Positions 27,835-37,436 of a DNA stretch of 64,000 bases are shown in pieces. The stretch comes from a virus, in the IMG/VR virus record IMGVR_UViG_3300048589_001082, positions 36,465-100,464 of that record; one strand, 5' to 3'. Within the stretch, counting starts at the first letter, position 1, and every line of letters begins with the position of its first letter. The position numbers and the translations under genes were made by a program. Below the pieces are notes generated by a model, which saw only the letters and a list, made by a program, of their open reading frames with translations, was not told where the DNA came from and did no database searches.

Positions 27835-28532
27835 AGCGTCCTCCCCATCAGCAGGTGCTTGCCGCCGGCGCGGGCCAGCCAGCGGGTGGACGCCCCTTCC
27901 GGGTCGCGGGCCAGCCGCGCGATCCCCACCCCACCGGCCACGGCCTCGACAACCCAGGTGCGGCACTCATCCAGGTCTTTCAGGATGACCGAGAAGCGCC
28001 GGTAGGCCGACGCCGCGGCCACGGCCTGGCGCTCCCAGGGCGCGAGGTTCTCCGGCCGCGCCGTCGGGTCGGGCCGCCACACCCAGGGAAAGTCCGGCCG
28101 GTTGCCGTCCATCAGGAAGACGGCCGCCCGGCCGCCGTGGGCGCGGGCGATACCGTCGGCCACGGGGGCCATGACCACCTCACGCCGCAGCGCCTCGGCC
28201 GCCGCCGCTTCCGGCGTCTCATGCCCGCGCGAACGATCACCGATGAGGAAACAGGGGGAATCGGCCAGATACCCCGACGCCTCGCGGTAGATGCGGCCGC
28301 CCGGCGGCGGGGCCGGCGCGCGCCTAACCCAGGGCGCGACCGTCGATGGCGCGTCCGAAGGGGTCGTGCCCCACCGGGGCACGTCCAGAGGGGTCGCGCC
28401 CCATCGGGGCACGTCCAGAGGGGTCGCGCCCCATCGGGGCACGTCCACCCACCAGCGGAACTCGCCGTCGCGCAGGCCGACGCTGACCGCGATGGGAACG
28501 CGAATGAAACCAACTCGTGTTGGATTGGACAT
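27831..28532 (-). CDS. hypothetical protein with decapeptide repeats
   Basis: DVPRWGATPL x3; HETPEAAAAEA. Confidence 0.7.
   Translation of the reverse strand: MSNPTRVGFIRVPIAVSVGLRDGEFRWWVDVPRWGATPLDVPRWGATPLDVPRWGTTPSDAPSTVAPWVRRAPAPPPGGRIYREASGYLADSPCFLIGDRSRGHETPEAAAAEALRREVVMAPVADGIARAHGGRAAVFLMDGNRPDFPWVWRPDPTARPENLAPWERQAVAAASAYRRFSVILKDLDECRTWVVEAVAGGVGIARLARDPEGASTRWLARAGGKHLLMGRTL
28351..28447. repeat. 30-bp tandem repeat, about 3.2 copies
   Basis: ACGTCCAGAGGGGTCGCGCCCCATCGGGGC: two exact copies plus one variant, no spacers. Confidence 0.95.
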
Positions 28533-28636
28533 GAGCTACACTCCCTTGTGACTATCGCGGGGAACCACTCCCGCGACGCTTGACGGCGGATAATCCCGCC
28601 GTCGGCGGCGGCCGTCGGGGCCGCCGATTGACATAA

Positions 28637-28646
28637 ATTATACCAC
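28637..28646 (-). promoter_or_regulatory. extended -10 promoter
   Basis: GTGGTATAAT with an adjacent GC hairpin at about 28652-28678. Confidence 0.55.
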
Positions 28647-28815
28647 AGGCCACCGGCGGCCGGTAGACGGCCGCCGGTTTTCGACTTATGGATTTTGTCG
28701 GATTTCTGTCTGTGGAAAGCCCACGGGGGCAAGGGCCGCGGCGCGCTCAGTACGGCGACGGCCGATCGGCCGCGCGCCGGCGCTTACTTAGGTGGCGAAG
28801 AGGCGCGCCGCGCGA

Positions 28816-29466
28816 CTACCGCCACGCGGCCGAATACTCCCCCTGCCGGAACAACTCCGGCAACGCCACCTGTTGCTTGAAGCGCAGCACCTCATCGGCG
28901 TCCATGCCCAGCTCGCGGGCGATCTCGTCGTCGGCCCAGCCCTCGCGCAGCATGGCGGCGACGATGTCGGCCATCGGCATGACGCCGTGGACGCCGCGAG
29001 CGCGGTTGTGGCGAATGGTGGCCGCCATCCGGTCGCGGGCAGCCGTGCGGCCGTGGTTGACCACCGCCACCGGCAGGTAGCCGTGGACGCGCCTGCGGAC
29101 GGCCGCGTCCTCCCTGCCCACCCGGCTGCGATGCTCGCCGTCCACCACGCCCAGGGCGTCGCCGTCGCGCCAGGCCACCACCGGCTGGGTGTAGCCGTCG
29201 GCGCGGATGCTGTGCCGCAAGAGGCGCATCTCCGGCGGGGCCACCGCGTTGGGGTTATAGTCGTTCGGCCGCACGTCCTCGGCCGGCGCCCACAGCACGC
29301 AGTCCACCGGCTCGGCGGCGAACGGCCCGGCCTCGTGGAGCATCGTCCGCATCCGGTTCAGCGCCTCGACCTGCTGGGCCAGCGGCAGCGCCGCCAGTCG
29401 CTCGGCTAGAGGCCGCAGCTCCTCGACCAGCGCGTCTACAGTGGTATCAAACAGGGATGACGTCAC
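28816..29466 (-). CDS. ibrB: IbrB/YbdM-like ParB/sulfiredoxin-domain protein
   Basis: EPVDCVLW...NDYNPNAVAPPEMRLL..SI..DGYTQPVV...VVDGEHR...RMAATIRHNRARGVH. Confidence 0.9.
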   Translation of the reverse strand: MTSSLFDTTVDALVEELRPLAERLAALPLAQQVEALNRMRTMLHEAGPFAAEPVDCVLWAPAEDVRPNDYNPNAVAPPEMRLLRHSIRADGYTQPVVAWRDGDALGVVDGEHRSRVGREDAAVRRRVHGYLPVAVVNHGRTAARDRMAATIRHNRARGVHGVMPMADIVAAMLREGWADDEIARELGMDADEVLRFKQQVALPELFRQGEYSAAWR

Positions 29467-29920
29467 CGGCTACCTCCTTGTCGTAGTAAGTCCACTGGCC
29501 GCGCACCGAGGCCACGCGCCAGCCGCGCCGCTCGAACATCGGCCGCGAGTGGGCGTTGGCCAGCCCCTTGACCACCCGCGCCCCGGCCGCGGCGCACAAC
29601 TCGTACTTGATGTCGAACAGACGGCCGAACAGCCCGCGGCGGCGATGCTCCGGGAAGACGTAGGTCTCATTGAACCAGGCGACGCCCTTCACGGCGTCGA
29701 ACCGGTAGCCGGAGAAGGCGACGATCTCGCCGCCGCGCACCACCACCAGCCAGACGTGATCCGGCGAGTCGGTCAGCGGGCCGCCCAGCTCCTTGCGGAT
29801 GCCCGCGTCGGCAAAGAACCGCCCCATCCGGCAGTAGAACTGGTCATCGCCGGCGCTGCTGGTGCGGTATATCTGGTACTCGCCGTCCGGGTCAAAACGG
29901 TCTATATGCTCCATGCTCAT
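29447..29920 (-). CDS. GNAT-family acetyltransferase
   Basis: YVFPEHRRRGLF; NAHSRPMFERRGW; ATGA-coupled to ibrA. Confidence 0.85.
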   Translation of the reverse strand: MSMEHIDRFDPDGEYQIYRTSSAGDDQFYCRMGRFFADAGIRKELGGPLTDSPDHVWLVVVRGGEIVAFSGYRFDAVKGVAWFNETYVFPEHRRRGLFGRLFDIKYELCAAAGARVVKGLANAHSRPMFERRGWRVASVRGQWTYYDKEVAGDVIPV

Positions 29921-31287
29921 AAGTCCTTCCACTTGTCCTTCAACTCGGCCGCCCGGTCGCGCGGCGGCTGGCGCAGCGACAGCCGCTCCGGCCGCGACTG
30001 GAACGCCGGGTCGAGCAGTTGGGTGATCGGCCGTCCGCGGGCCGCCTCCGGCGTGGGCGGCAGGTCGAGCGGCTCGCCGGCCTCGTGTTTGCGCACCAGT
30101 TCCATGTACTGGTCATACTCGCCCAGGTTGATGTTGAACGCCAGCCCGGTGCAGAAGAAGTCGTTCTTGAGCAGCACGTGGGCCACCATGCGCCACGAGC
30201 CGCCCAGCTTCTTGGCCTCAAGCGCCGGGTCGCTCTCTTCCTGAAGGTCGGCCCAGCCGTTGTAGCGCTCAAACCACTCCACGAAGACGCGGATGCGCCG
30301 CCAGTAGTGGGCGCGCAGGGGAACCGGCAGGGCGTCGAGCAGGACGAGGGCGTACTCGCGCCAGGTCATGCCCTCCGGCCGCCGCGCCTTGCGGCCGTAG
30401 TTGAACAGCACCGACCGGCCCTGCTGCGCCGCCAGGTTGGCCCCGCCTACCCGCTCCACCAGCCGCGCCCAGGTCTGCGGTTCCAGCACGCGGTACTTGT
30501 CCAGGTGCTTGCGGGCCTCCAGCGAGTACGGCTCGCAGATACGCATCTCGTGCAGGCTCATCCCGGCCAGCCACATGCGGTCGTAGATGTGGTTGTAGCC
30601 TATCCCCTCGCGGCCGATGTACGTCCACACGTCCTCCACCCGCCAGTCGTAGAGCGGGTAGAAGTTCCACGAGTTGTCGGCGATCCGGGTAGACCAGGGC
30701 ACGGCCGCGCCCTCGCGCTCGTAGTTGCGCCGGCCGCGAGTGCGCTTGATGGTGCGAAACCGGTTCATGCTCTCGTCGGCGCGGATGCCCACCAGCGATG
30801 CCACCGCCCCGCCCTGCCCGGCGTACCAGGCGTCGTAGCCGGAAACGAAGTCCTCGAAGGTCTGCCCGAAGCGGTAGAAGGGGAAGCGCTCCGGGTCGCT
30901 GACGACGCCCGGCGCGTCGGGCAACGGCCGCACCCAGCGGTCGCGCCGGGCCGGGTCCCAGGCGGTGAACATCGGGTCATAGACCGACGTCTCGTTGGAC
31001 GTGGAGATGGGCAGGCAGACCCAGACCGGGTTGATGCCCGGCCGGGCCAGCGCCTCGGCCACGTGGTCGATGGTCGCCTGGTACTGGGCCTCCCAGTCGA
31101 TAAACAGAGCGTCGATGGTTCGGCCGCGCCGCACCGCCTCGCGCCGGGCCATCTCCAGCAGCACCGTCGAGTCCTTGCCGCCGGAGAACGAGACGGCCAC
31201 GCGGTCGAAGGTGTCGAAGACGAAGCCCAGCCGCTCGACGGCCGCGTCGTGGACGTTGGTTTGCAGGTAGACCTTCGTGCCGCTCAT
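29917..31287 (-). CDS. ibrA: IbrA/YbdN-like PAPS-reductase-family (PP-loop) protein
   Basis: VSFSGGKDS; FIDWEAQY; GIRADESMNR; YPLYDW; MRICEPY; SWR....LLKNDF. Confidence 0.9.
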   Translation of the reverse strand: MSGTKVYLQTNVHDAAVERLGFVFDTFDRVAVSFSGGKDSTVLLEMARREAVRRGRTIDALFIDWEAQYQATIDHVAEALARPGINPVWVCLPISTSNETSVYDPMFTAWDPARRDRWVRPLPDAPGVVSDPERFPFYRFGQTFEDFVSGYDAWYAGQGGAVASLVGIRADESMNRFRTIKRTRGRRNYEREGAAVPWSTRIADNSWNFYPLYDWRVEDVWTYIGREGIGYNHIYDRMWLAGMSLHEMRICEPYSLEARKHLDKYRVLEPQTWARLVERVGGANLAAQQGRSVLFNYGRKARRPEGMTWREYALVLLDALPVPLRAHYWRRIRVFVEWFERYNGWADLQEESDPALEAKKLGGSWRMVAHVLLKNDFFCTGLAFNINLGEYDQYMELVRKHEAGEPLDLPPTPEAARGRPITQLLDPAFQSRPERLSLRQPPRDRAAELKDKWKDL

Positions 31288-32726
31288 AGCGCCTTGACCA
31301 TGCCCTTGACCAACTCGCGGTCGTCCTTGACCCGCGCCACCTCGCGCCGGAACTCGTCGGCGGCGTTGGCCTTGCGGGCCAGGGCGCGGGCGATGCGCTC
31401 GTCGATGGAATCGACGCAGGTCAGGGTTACGTAGGTGACCGGCCGCGTCTGGCCGATGCGGTGGCAGCGGTCTTCGGCCTGGACGCGCGTGGCGTACTTG
31501 AACTCGTCGGCGTAGAAGATGACGGTGGACGCCTCGTTGAGCGTCAGCCCGTGGCCGCCGGCGGCCTGGGTGGCCACCAGGAACCGCGCCTCGCCACGCC
31601 AGCGGGCTAACTCCGCGTTGCGCGCCCGCTCCGACAGGCGGCCGTGGAACTCGGCCGTGGACGCCTCGCCGTAGACGGCCTGCAACCAGCCGACGATCTC
31701 GCGGATGCAGGCGTGGTACTTGGCCCAGATGATGACCTTCTCGCCGGCCGGCACGTCGCGCAGCACCGACAGCAGCAGGCCGATCCGCTCGTGCTTCAGG
31801 GCGATGCACGCCATCCGGCCTGTCTCCGGGTCGCGCCGGTTGCGGAAGCCGCACACGACCTGCTGCAAGGCGCTGAAGAGCCGGAAGATGACGTACTCGT
31901 CGAACTCGTCCGGCTCGTCCAGCGCCGACAGAATCTCGTCCTTGACACCGTCGTAGGCGGCGTCCTGCTCGGCCGTCATCCGGTAGTAGCGCGACTCGCG
32001 CAGCTTCGGCGGCAGGTCAAGGCACTCGGCCTTGGTCACCTGGTAGGTGTAGGGCGCGAGCCGGGCGGCCAGATGCTCGGTGTGCAGCGCCCGAACGACC
32101 TGGCCGGGGTACTTGTCGCTGTACTGGAGGTGGTTGGCGGCGAAGGTGTGGAACGACCGGTAGCCGAGTATCTTGGGCGACAGGAACTTCATCTGGGCGA
32201 AGAGGTCTTCCACCCCCTGGCTGACCGGCGTGCCGGTCAACAGCAGCCGGTAGCGGGCCGGTTCGGCCAGAAGGGTGATGCGCTGCGTCCGGCGCGCGGC
32301 GTGGCCCTTGATGTAGCTCGACTCGTCCACAATGACAAATGTCCGTTCAGTGATGAGCGCCTTGACCGCCAGCGTTACCCGGTCGCTGGTGGACATCGAC
32401 TCGATGCCGACGACGTAGAACAGCGCCGCCGGCAGATGGCGCGGCGAGGTGCGGTCATCGAAGACGTAGACGGCCGCGCCGTCTGTGTGGTCACACTGCG
32501 TGTGTTTCCCAATCTCGTGGCGGATCGTTTCCTTGAGCGACACCGGGCAGAACCACACCACGCGGTCAATGCGCTCGCGCCGCAGCCAGGCCAGTTCGAT
32601 GGCGCAGCGGGTCTTGCCCGTGCCCATCTCCATGAACGCCCCACCCACCCGCGCCCGCCGCAGCTTCTCCACGGCGCGGCGCTGGTGATCATAGAGCGTC
32701 GTCGTCGTCTGCCAGTTCGGGATCAA
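31284..32726 (-). CDS. SNF2-family helicase
   Basis: MEMGTGKT; VDESS; LTGTP; GGHGLTL; QAEDRCHRIGQ. Confidence 0.95.
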   Translation of the reverse strand: MIPNWQTTTTLYDHQRRAVEKLRRARVGGAFMEMGTGKTRCAIELAWLRRERIDRVVWFCPVSLKETIRHEIGKHTQCDHTDGAAVYVFDDRTSPRHLPAALFYVVGIESMSTSDRVTLAVKALITERTFVIVDESSYIKGHAARRTQRITLLAEPARYRLLLTGTPVSQGVEDLFAQMKFLSPKILGYRSFHTFAANHLQYSDKYPGQVVRALHTEHLAARLAPYTYQVTKAECLDLPPKLRESRYYRMTAEQDAAYDGVKDEILSALDEPDEFDEYVIFRLFSALQQVVCGFRNRRDPETGRMACIALKHERIGLLLSVLRDVPAGEKVIIWAKYHACIREIVGWLQAVYGEASTAEFHGRLSERARNAELARWRGEARFLVATQAAGGHGLTLNEASTVIFYADEFKYATRVQAEDRCHRIGQTRPVTYVTLTCVDSIDERIARALARKANAADEFRREVARVKDDRELVKGMVKAL

Positions 32727-33348
32727 GGCCGTACTCCATAATCGGGACTTGGGGCCGCGCCGCCGGCAGCGGCGGCGGGTCGAACACCAGGGCGGCGCGC
32801 ACGCGGGCCTCGGCCGCGTCGATGACTTCCTGCGCGGTGGGGCTGATGTAGAAACCGTGGCGCTCGGCGAAGTCGCGCACGGCCTCGAACTGATCCGGCG
32901 GTACCACCAGGTAGGGCCTGTCGTAGCGTCGGCCGGGGATGCGGTCGTAGGCGGCGTAGAGCTTCCTGTCCTCCTCGTCGTCGCGCGGCCACTTCAGCAG
33001 CAGCCACCCGGCGTAGTCGCCGCGCGACCGGCGCAGGACGAGGCGGCGCTTCTCCGGCGCGTAGGCCACGTCCATGACCATCCGCGCCAGCTCGTCGGTT
33101 AGCTCGACGGCGAACCCGGCCGCCAGCAGCAGGTGGGCCGTCTCGGCCGCGCGGTCGGCCGCCGGGCCGGTGACATCGCCCACCGTTCGCTCCCAGCGCC
33201 GGTGCGTCCAGTTCCAGGTGAACTCGCGCGCCTTGAGTAGCTCGCGGAAGTCGTCGCGCCGCTCGTCCAGCGTGACCAGGACGGCCGCGTCGTCCGTCCA
33301 GACGTGGGCGATGGTGGCGGTGATGGGTTTAGTCGGCCGCAGGAGCAT
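32689..33348 (-). CDS. helicase-associated hypothetical protein (possible HARP-like)
   Basis: FRELLK...FTWN...RRW; IPGRRYD...VVP..FEAVRDFAERHGF; overlaps SNF2 start. Confidence 0.65.
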   Translation of the reverse strand: MLLRPTKPITATIAHVWTDDAAVLVTLDERRDDFRELLKAREFTWNWTHRRWERTVGDVTGPAADRAAETAHLLLAAGFAVELTDELARMVMDVAYAPEKRRLVLRRSRGDYAGWLLLKWPRDDEEDRKLYAAYDRIPGRRYDRPYLVVPPDQFEAVRDFAERHGFYISPTAQEVIDAAEARVRAALVFDPPPLPAARPQVPIMEYGLDPELADDDDAL

Positions 33349-33359
33349 GGAAACCTCCT

Positions 33360-33596
33360 CTACAGGGTCACGATCTCCGCCCGCGGCAGGGCGTGTTGCA
33401 CAACGGCCACGGCCGTCGCGTCAGGCAACAGGACGATGAGGTTGAGCATGTCGGCATACTCGGCCAGCGCGGCGACGGCCGCCACGTCGCCCAGGTCGAA
33501 CGGCGCGTCCGGTTCCAGCACCTGCATTACGTCATCCAGTACGGCCAGATCGGCCGGAAGATAGAAGTCGCCGGTTAAATTGAGTAATGTTTTCAT
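33360..33596 (-). CDS. hypothetical protein
   Basis: ATGA-coupled MKTLLNL. Confidence 0.6.
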   Translation of the reverse strand: MKTLLNLTGDFYLPADLAVLDDVMQVLEPDAPFDLGDVAAVAALAEYADMLNLIVLLPDATAVAVVQHALPRAEIVTL

Positions 33597-34315
33597 TGCT
33601 TTAGTGCCCCCGCCACGTCCCGCAGCATGTCTGAGAGCGCCATTTCCTCGTTGAGGAAAGTGGGTTCCCGCTCTAACTCGGCCGCAGTCGGCTCCTCGCT
33701 GTAATAAACGCGAATCATCTCCGACCGCAAGCGCTCCAGCGCGGCGTAGGCCGAGTGGTAGTCCATGTAACTGGTGTACCACCACTTGGCGGCCAGTTCC
33801 TCCGACAGCGGCGCGACGGTGCGATGCCAGCGGCGGTAGGCTTCGACCGGCGGCAACTCGCGTAGGTAGTCCAGCAAGTGGCGGGCCTCGGCCGCGTCGG
33901 CCAGAACGTTGGGCGGGATCGTCCGGCGCTCCTCCTCGCTAAAGGCGCTCAGGTAGTTGGGGGCCAGCACCATGAGGTATCCGAACCCCCTGGCGCTATC
34001 CGGCACTCTGGTCAGAACCGGAATGCCCCGCGCCCGGAGTTCACCGGCGGCGATCTCCAGCCGCCGGGCAAGGACGGCCGCCTCCAGACCGTCCAGCGCA
34101 TAGCGGTTCATGTCGGCCACGAGGGCGGTCATCCGCTCATCGGGGAGAATGTGGAGAGGCCCGCGTTTCTCGCCGCGAGCCTGCCGACGCCCCCACTCAG
34201 TGTCGATGAGGGACATCATCATCTCGCTTTGCGATAGCCCACCGCGAGCCTGGCGCATGGCGTCCAGCCGCTCGACGTGGGTCTCCGGTAACCTGACGTT
34301 GAATTGTGTCCTCAT
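33593..34315 (-). CDS. protein with N-terminal ribbon-helix-helix domain
   Basis: MRTQFNVRLPETHVERLDAM......SQSEMMMSLID. Confidence 0.75.
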   Translation of the reverse strand: MRTQFNVRLPETHVERLDAMRQARGGLSQSEMMMSLIDTEWGRRQARGEKRGPLHILPDERMTALVADMNRYALDGLEAAVLARRLEIAAGELRARGIPVLTRVPDSARGFGYLMVLAPNYLSAFSEEERRTIPPNVLADAAEARHLLDYLRELPPVEAYRRWHRTVAPLSEELAAKWWYTSYMDYHSAYAALERLRSEMIRVYYSEEPTAAELEREPTFLNEEMALSDMLRDVAGALKQ

Positions 34316-34383
34316 GATACCCTTCCTCTAGTCGCCCATCCCGGCCGGTGGTCTTCGGCCGATCCCGCACGCTGTAAATGTCC

Positions 34384-35244
34384 TTACAGCGCGATCTCCC
34401 AGTAATGCGTCCGCGCCTCCTGCTCGTTGTCCCACAGGGAGCGATACTCCCACGCATCCCCATCCTCGGCCAGATAACCGCCCGCCTCTACGGTCAGATA
34501 GAGGATCAGACCGTTGTCCGTCTCGATCCGCCGCAGCGATTTCTCGGAATAGTTCCGGTAGCCGCCTGCTTTTTCCTCGGCCAGCGTTTCGCGCCGCACC
34601 GAGGAGACCATCATGAGCGGCCTCCAGCGATCATCGGTGCGCCAATAACGCCGCCGCAGCGCCGCCGCCAGTAGTTCATTGGCCTCCGGGGTGAGCTGCA
34701 CCACCGGCTTCTCGTCGTAGTGGGCCGGATGAACCTTGCTGGGTAACGCGATCCCATCCGACCACAGCGTGAATGTGTAATGGGCGAAAACGAGTTCCGC
34801 TCCGGGCGTGAAGTCGAGCGTCTGCGGGTGGCGCTTGTTGCGAATGCTGGCCAGCGCGGCGCGCTCGCACAGCAGCACCCACGGCTCGCCGATCTGCGAC
34901 GGTTCTACAAACCGCCCCCGGCGGCCGTCGCCGATCTGGCCGCCCGCGAGCACCTGAGTGGCGAACTCCCAATCCCACCATGCCGGCAGCTGGGCCTCGA
35001 TCCATTCCCGGATCGCCGGCGTGATCGCCGTGGCAATGGCCGCATCAATGGACGCCGGCTTCCCCGGCGGCCGATTGAAATGCACCACCAGGAGCCGAAG
35101 GCCGTCAAACGCCACGGAGTAACTGGGTTCATGCTTGTCGGACAGGATGTAGACGTTCGGAATCTGATCCAGCAGATGCCATTCCATCTCTATTGGCGCT
35201 AAGTCTGCGGGGATGTGGCTGCTCAATTCCAGTTCAGTCGTCAT
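34384..35244 (-). CDS. hypothetical protein
   Basis: GAGG RBS; first gene after consensus promoter. Confidence 0.75.
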   Translation of the reverse strand: MTTELELSSHIPADLAPIEMEWHLLDQIPNVYILSDKHEPSYSVAFDGLRLLVVHFNRPPGKPASIDAAIATAITPAIREWIEAQLPAWWDWEFATQVLAGGQIGDGRRGRFVEPSQIGEPWVLLCERAALASIRNKRHPQTLDFTPGAELVFAHYTFTLWSDGIALPSKVHPAHYDEKPVVQLTPEANELLAAALRRRYWRTDDRWRPLMMVSSVRRETLAEEKAGGYRNYSEKSLRRIETDNGLILYLTVEAGGYLAEDGDAWEYRSLWDNEQEARTHYWEIAL

Positions 35245-35260
35245 GGCGTCCTCTCGTGCG

Positions 35261-35310
35261 ATGTATAGCAGATATGCTATACATTATAACGACATGACCG
35301 AAAATGTCAA
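35261..35310 (-). promoter_or_regulatory. consensus promoter with palindromic operator
   Basis: TTGACA-N16-TATAAT; ATGTATAGCA-GATA-TGCTATACAT at 35261-35284. Confidence 0.8.
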
Positions 35311-35330
35311 TAGGGTTGCGTGATTTTGGT

Positions 35331-35444
35331 CTACTTCTTCCGGCCCCTCGGCCGCGGCAGGTCATCACTGGTCAGCACGACGTAGGCCAGCAGCAGAACG
35401 ACGAAGACCGCACCAAACAGGATAACGAACTCGCTTTCGGACAT
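35331..35444 (-). CDS. small single-TM peptide
   Basis: MSESEFVILFGAVFVVLLLAYVVL...RGRKK; GGAGG RBS. Confidence 0.55.
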   Translation of the reverse strand: MSESEFVILFGAVFVVLLLAYVVLTSDDLPRPRGRKK

Positions 35445-35446
35445 GG

Positions 35447-36730
35447 CTACTCCACCTCCTGATGCAACCGCTCCGCCTCGGCCGCCGCCGTCCACTCGCG
35501 CCACAGCGCCGCGGCCTCGACCTCGGCCGCCGCCGCGCAGTAAGTCAGTCCGTGGGCCAGTCGCCGCCCCTCGGCCGCCTCGCCCATGTGCCAGGCCACG
35601 GCCGCCCGCAGCACGCCGTTGACCAGGTTCCGCTCGCTCCGCTCGTCGCGCCGCCGCAGCTCGCCCGCCTCCCACCGCGCCCAGGCCCGCGCCAGCCGCG
35701 GGAAGCGATGGGCCAGCGGCCGCCAGTCGGCCCACAGAGCGTCATCCGCCTCGCGGTACACGACCGGCAGGCCGAAGTGGCGGATGAGCCAGGGCGTGTG
35801 GCCCGCACGGTGCAGCGCCGCCAGACGCACCTGGGACGAGGAATGGCCGCCCCGCCTGGTCATGCGGGCGATCTGGCTGAAGGGGATGCCCACGGCCGCG
35901 GCCAGCACGAGGAAGGCGTCCCCGGCCGGCGTGCCGTGCAGGTGCAGCGTCGTCGTCCCCTTGCCCTTCAGGAAGCGCACGCCCGGCGCGACGGCCGCCG
36001 AGCGGCGCACCATCCAGTTGCCCCAGCGCACGGCCGCCAGCTTGCCGAGGCGGATGGCGCGGTTGACGTCAGTATGCTCCACGCCGTGGTAGGCGGCGAC
36101 CTCGCCCGGCGTCCACCACTCGTCGGGGCGGCCGTCGGGGGCCAGCCAGCGAGCCTTCTGCCGGACGATGAGCCGCCGCAGCCCCTCGTCGCCCAGCCGC
36201 TCCGGGCGGCGCACCGAACGGTAGAAGAAGGGCCAGTTGTCCGGCCGCGTGGCCCACACCAGGAAGTGCGCCCGGCGCATCCGCCACACCTTGCGCGTCG
36301 GCAGCGGGGCGATCTCGGCCGGCAGGTGGCCCCGCTCGATGAGGACACACACCTGATGTACATCGATGCCCAGGGCGCGGGACATGTCGTGGGCCGTCAG
36401 GTAGTCGGCGTAGACCATCGGCCCGCGCAGGCCACACCGGAGGCGTCGCACGCGCACGGCCGTCATCGACCGCCCCAGCCGCCGGGCGATCTCCTCGTCG
36501 CCCAGCTCCCCGGCCCACGTTTCCAGGAATTGCTGCTCGGCCGCCGTCCAGCGGTTGGCGCTGGTGGCCCGGCTTGGGTGGGGCGCGCCGGGTGTCTGAC
36601 GCGCGGCGGCAATCGTCCGCGCCGCGCCGTAGGCCCCGGCCAGGAGCGCCGGGTCACGGCCCGCGGCCAGCGCCTCTTGCAGCACGACCGCGTCCAAGAG
36701 ACCGTCGAGGTCGAACGTCACGTCAGTCAC
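35447..36730 (-). CDS. multi-HTH DNA-binding protein (Myb-like + excisionase-type HTHs), paralog A
   Basis: WTAAEQQFL...IARRLGRS; WWTPGEVAAYHGV.H.D.NR.IR.G.L.AV.W.NW. Confidence 0.75.
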   Translation of the reverse strand: MTDVTFDLDGLLDAVVLQEALAAGRDPALLAGAYGAARTIAAARQTPGAPHPSRATSANRWTAAEQQFLETWAGELGDEEIARRLGRSMTAVRVRRLRCGLRGPMVYADYLTAHDMSRALGIDVHQVCVLIERGHLPAEIAPLPTRKVWRMRRAHFLVWATRPDNWPFFYRSVRRPERLGDEGLRRLIVRQKARWLAPDGRPDEWWTPGEVAAYHGVEHTDVNRAIRLGKLAAVRWGNWMVRRSAAVAPGVRFLKGKGTTTLHLHGTPAGDAFLVLAAAVGIPFSQIARMTRRGGHSSSQVRLAALHRAGHTPWLIRHFGLPVVYREADDALWADWRPLAHRFPRLARAWARWEAGELRRRDERSERNLVNGVLRAAVAWHMGEAAEGRRLAHGLTYCAAAAEVEAAALWREWTAAAEAERLHQEVE

Positions 36731-36897
36731 TTAACCCTCCGCAGGGCGTTGCGAGAGATGACTTCCCGCTGCCCACCCTCGAACTCCACCAGGGCGCTGT
36801 TAAGCGTCCCGCGAACCACCACCCGGCAACGACGGCCGCGCAGCGTGGCCCTCTTCTCGTTGTTGCCCCAGACGTAGATGTAGCCGTAGTCGCTCAT
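36727..36897 (-). CDS. small conserved phage protein
   Basis: YVWGNNEKRA.L.GR.CRV...G..NSALVEFE.G.REVISRNALR. Confidence 0.7.
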   Translation of the reverse strand: MSDYGYIYVWGNNEKRATLRGRRCRVVVRGTLNSALVEFEGGQREVISRNALRRVK

Positions 36898-37436
36898 CGC
36901 CGGCCCCGGCCGTCCGACCACGACGACAGCCTGAAGGCCACGTTCGCCGCGACCACCAGGGCGGCGATGACCTCAGCAGCGTGGCCCGCCACCCAGCTTG
37001 CCACCAGCGGCCCCACGCGCGCCAGCCACGGCCAGCCGGCGGCGAGGGCCAGCACCCCGGCGGCCATGAGCGCCATGAGTTCGACGAACCACAGCGCCTC
37101 CCGTAGGCAGCCACTTTCGACAAACTCGCCCACGTGCGTCATCGGGGGCGGCTGCGGCGGCGGCTTCTTCTGCCCGTGGGTCCTGACGATCAGCCCCGTC
37201 GCCTCTGCGTACTCCCAACCGGCCAGAAGTTTCTTGTAGGTTTCAATCTCTCGTTCGCCGAACGCATTGGTCGCCATCAGCTCCTTCAGCGCCGCCTCGA
37301 CCGGTGTGTCACCGGCAGCGATGCGCTCCCCATATCTAGCGGGGGATGGAACGTAGTCGGCGAAGTCCTCCGGCAACTCGTCCAGACCCGCGGTATCCGC
37401 TTTGCGGTAGTTCCACGCAATGTAGCCTTTACGCAT
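36894..37436 (-). CDS. NYR-domain paralog 1 with C-terminal TM segments
   Basis: WNYR...PEDFADYVP...GDTPVEAA. Confidence 0.7.
   Translation of the reverse strand: MRKGYIAWNYRKADTAGLDELPEDFADYVPSPARYGERIAAGDTPVEAALKELMATNAFGEREIETYKKLLAGWEYAEATGLIVRTHGQKKPPPQPPPMTHVGEFVESGCLREALWFVELMALMAAGVLALAAGWPWLARVGPLVASWVAGHAAEVIAALVVAANVAFRLSSWSDGRGRR

Noticed and set aside
28351-28447. 30-bp hairpin-containing repeats as a CRISPR array
   Set aside because: Units are contiguous with no spacers, lie in frame in a CDS, and no cas genes are present.
35312-35330. GGGTTGCGTGATT as another copy of the 20-bp operator
   Set aside because: Only a partial left half matches; this promoter has its own palindrome.
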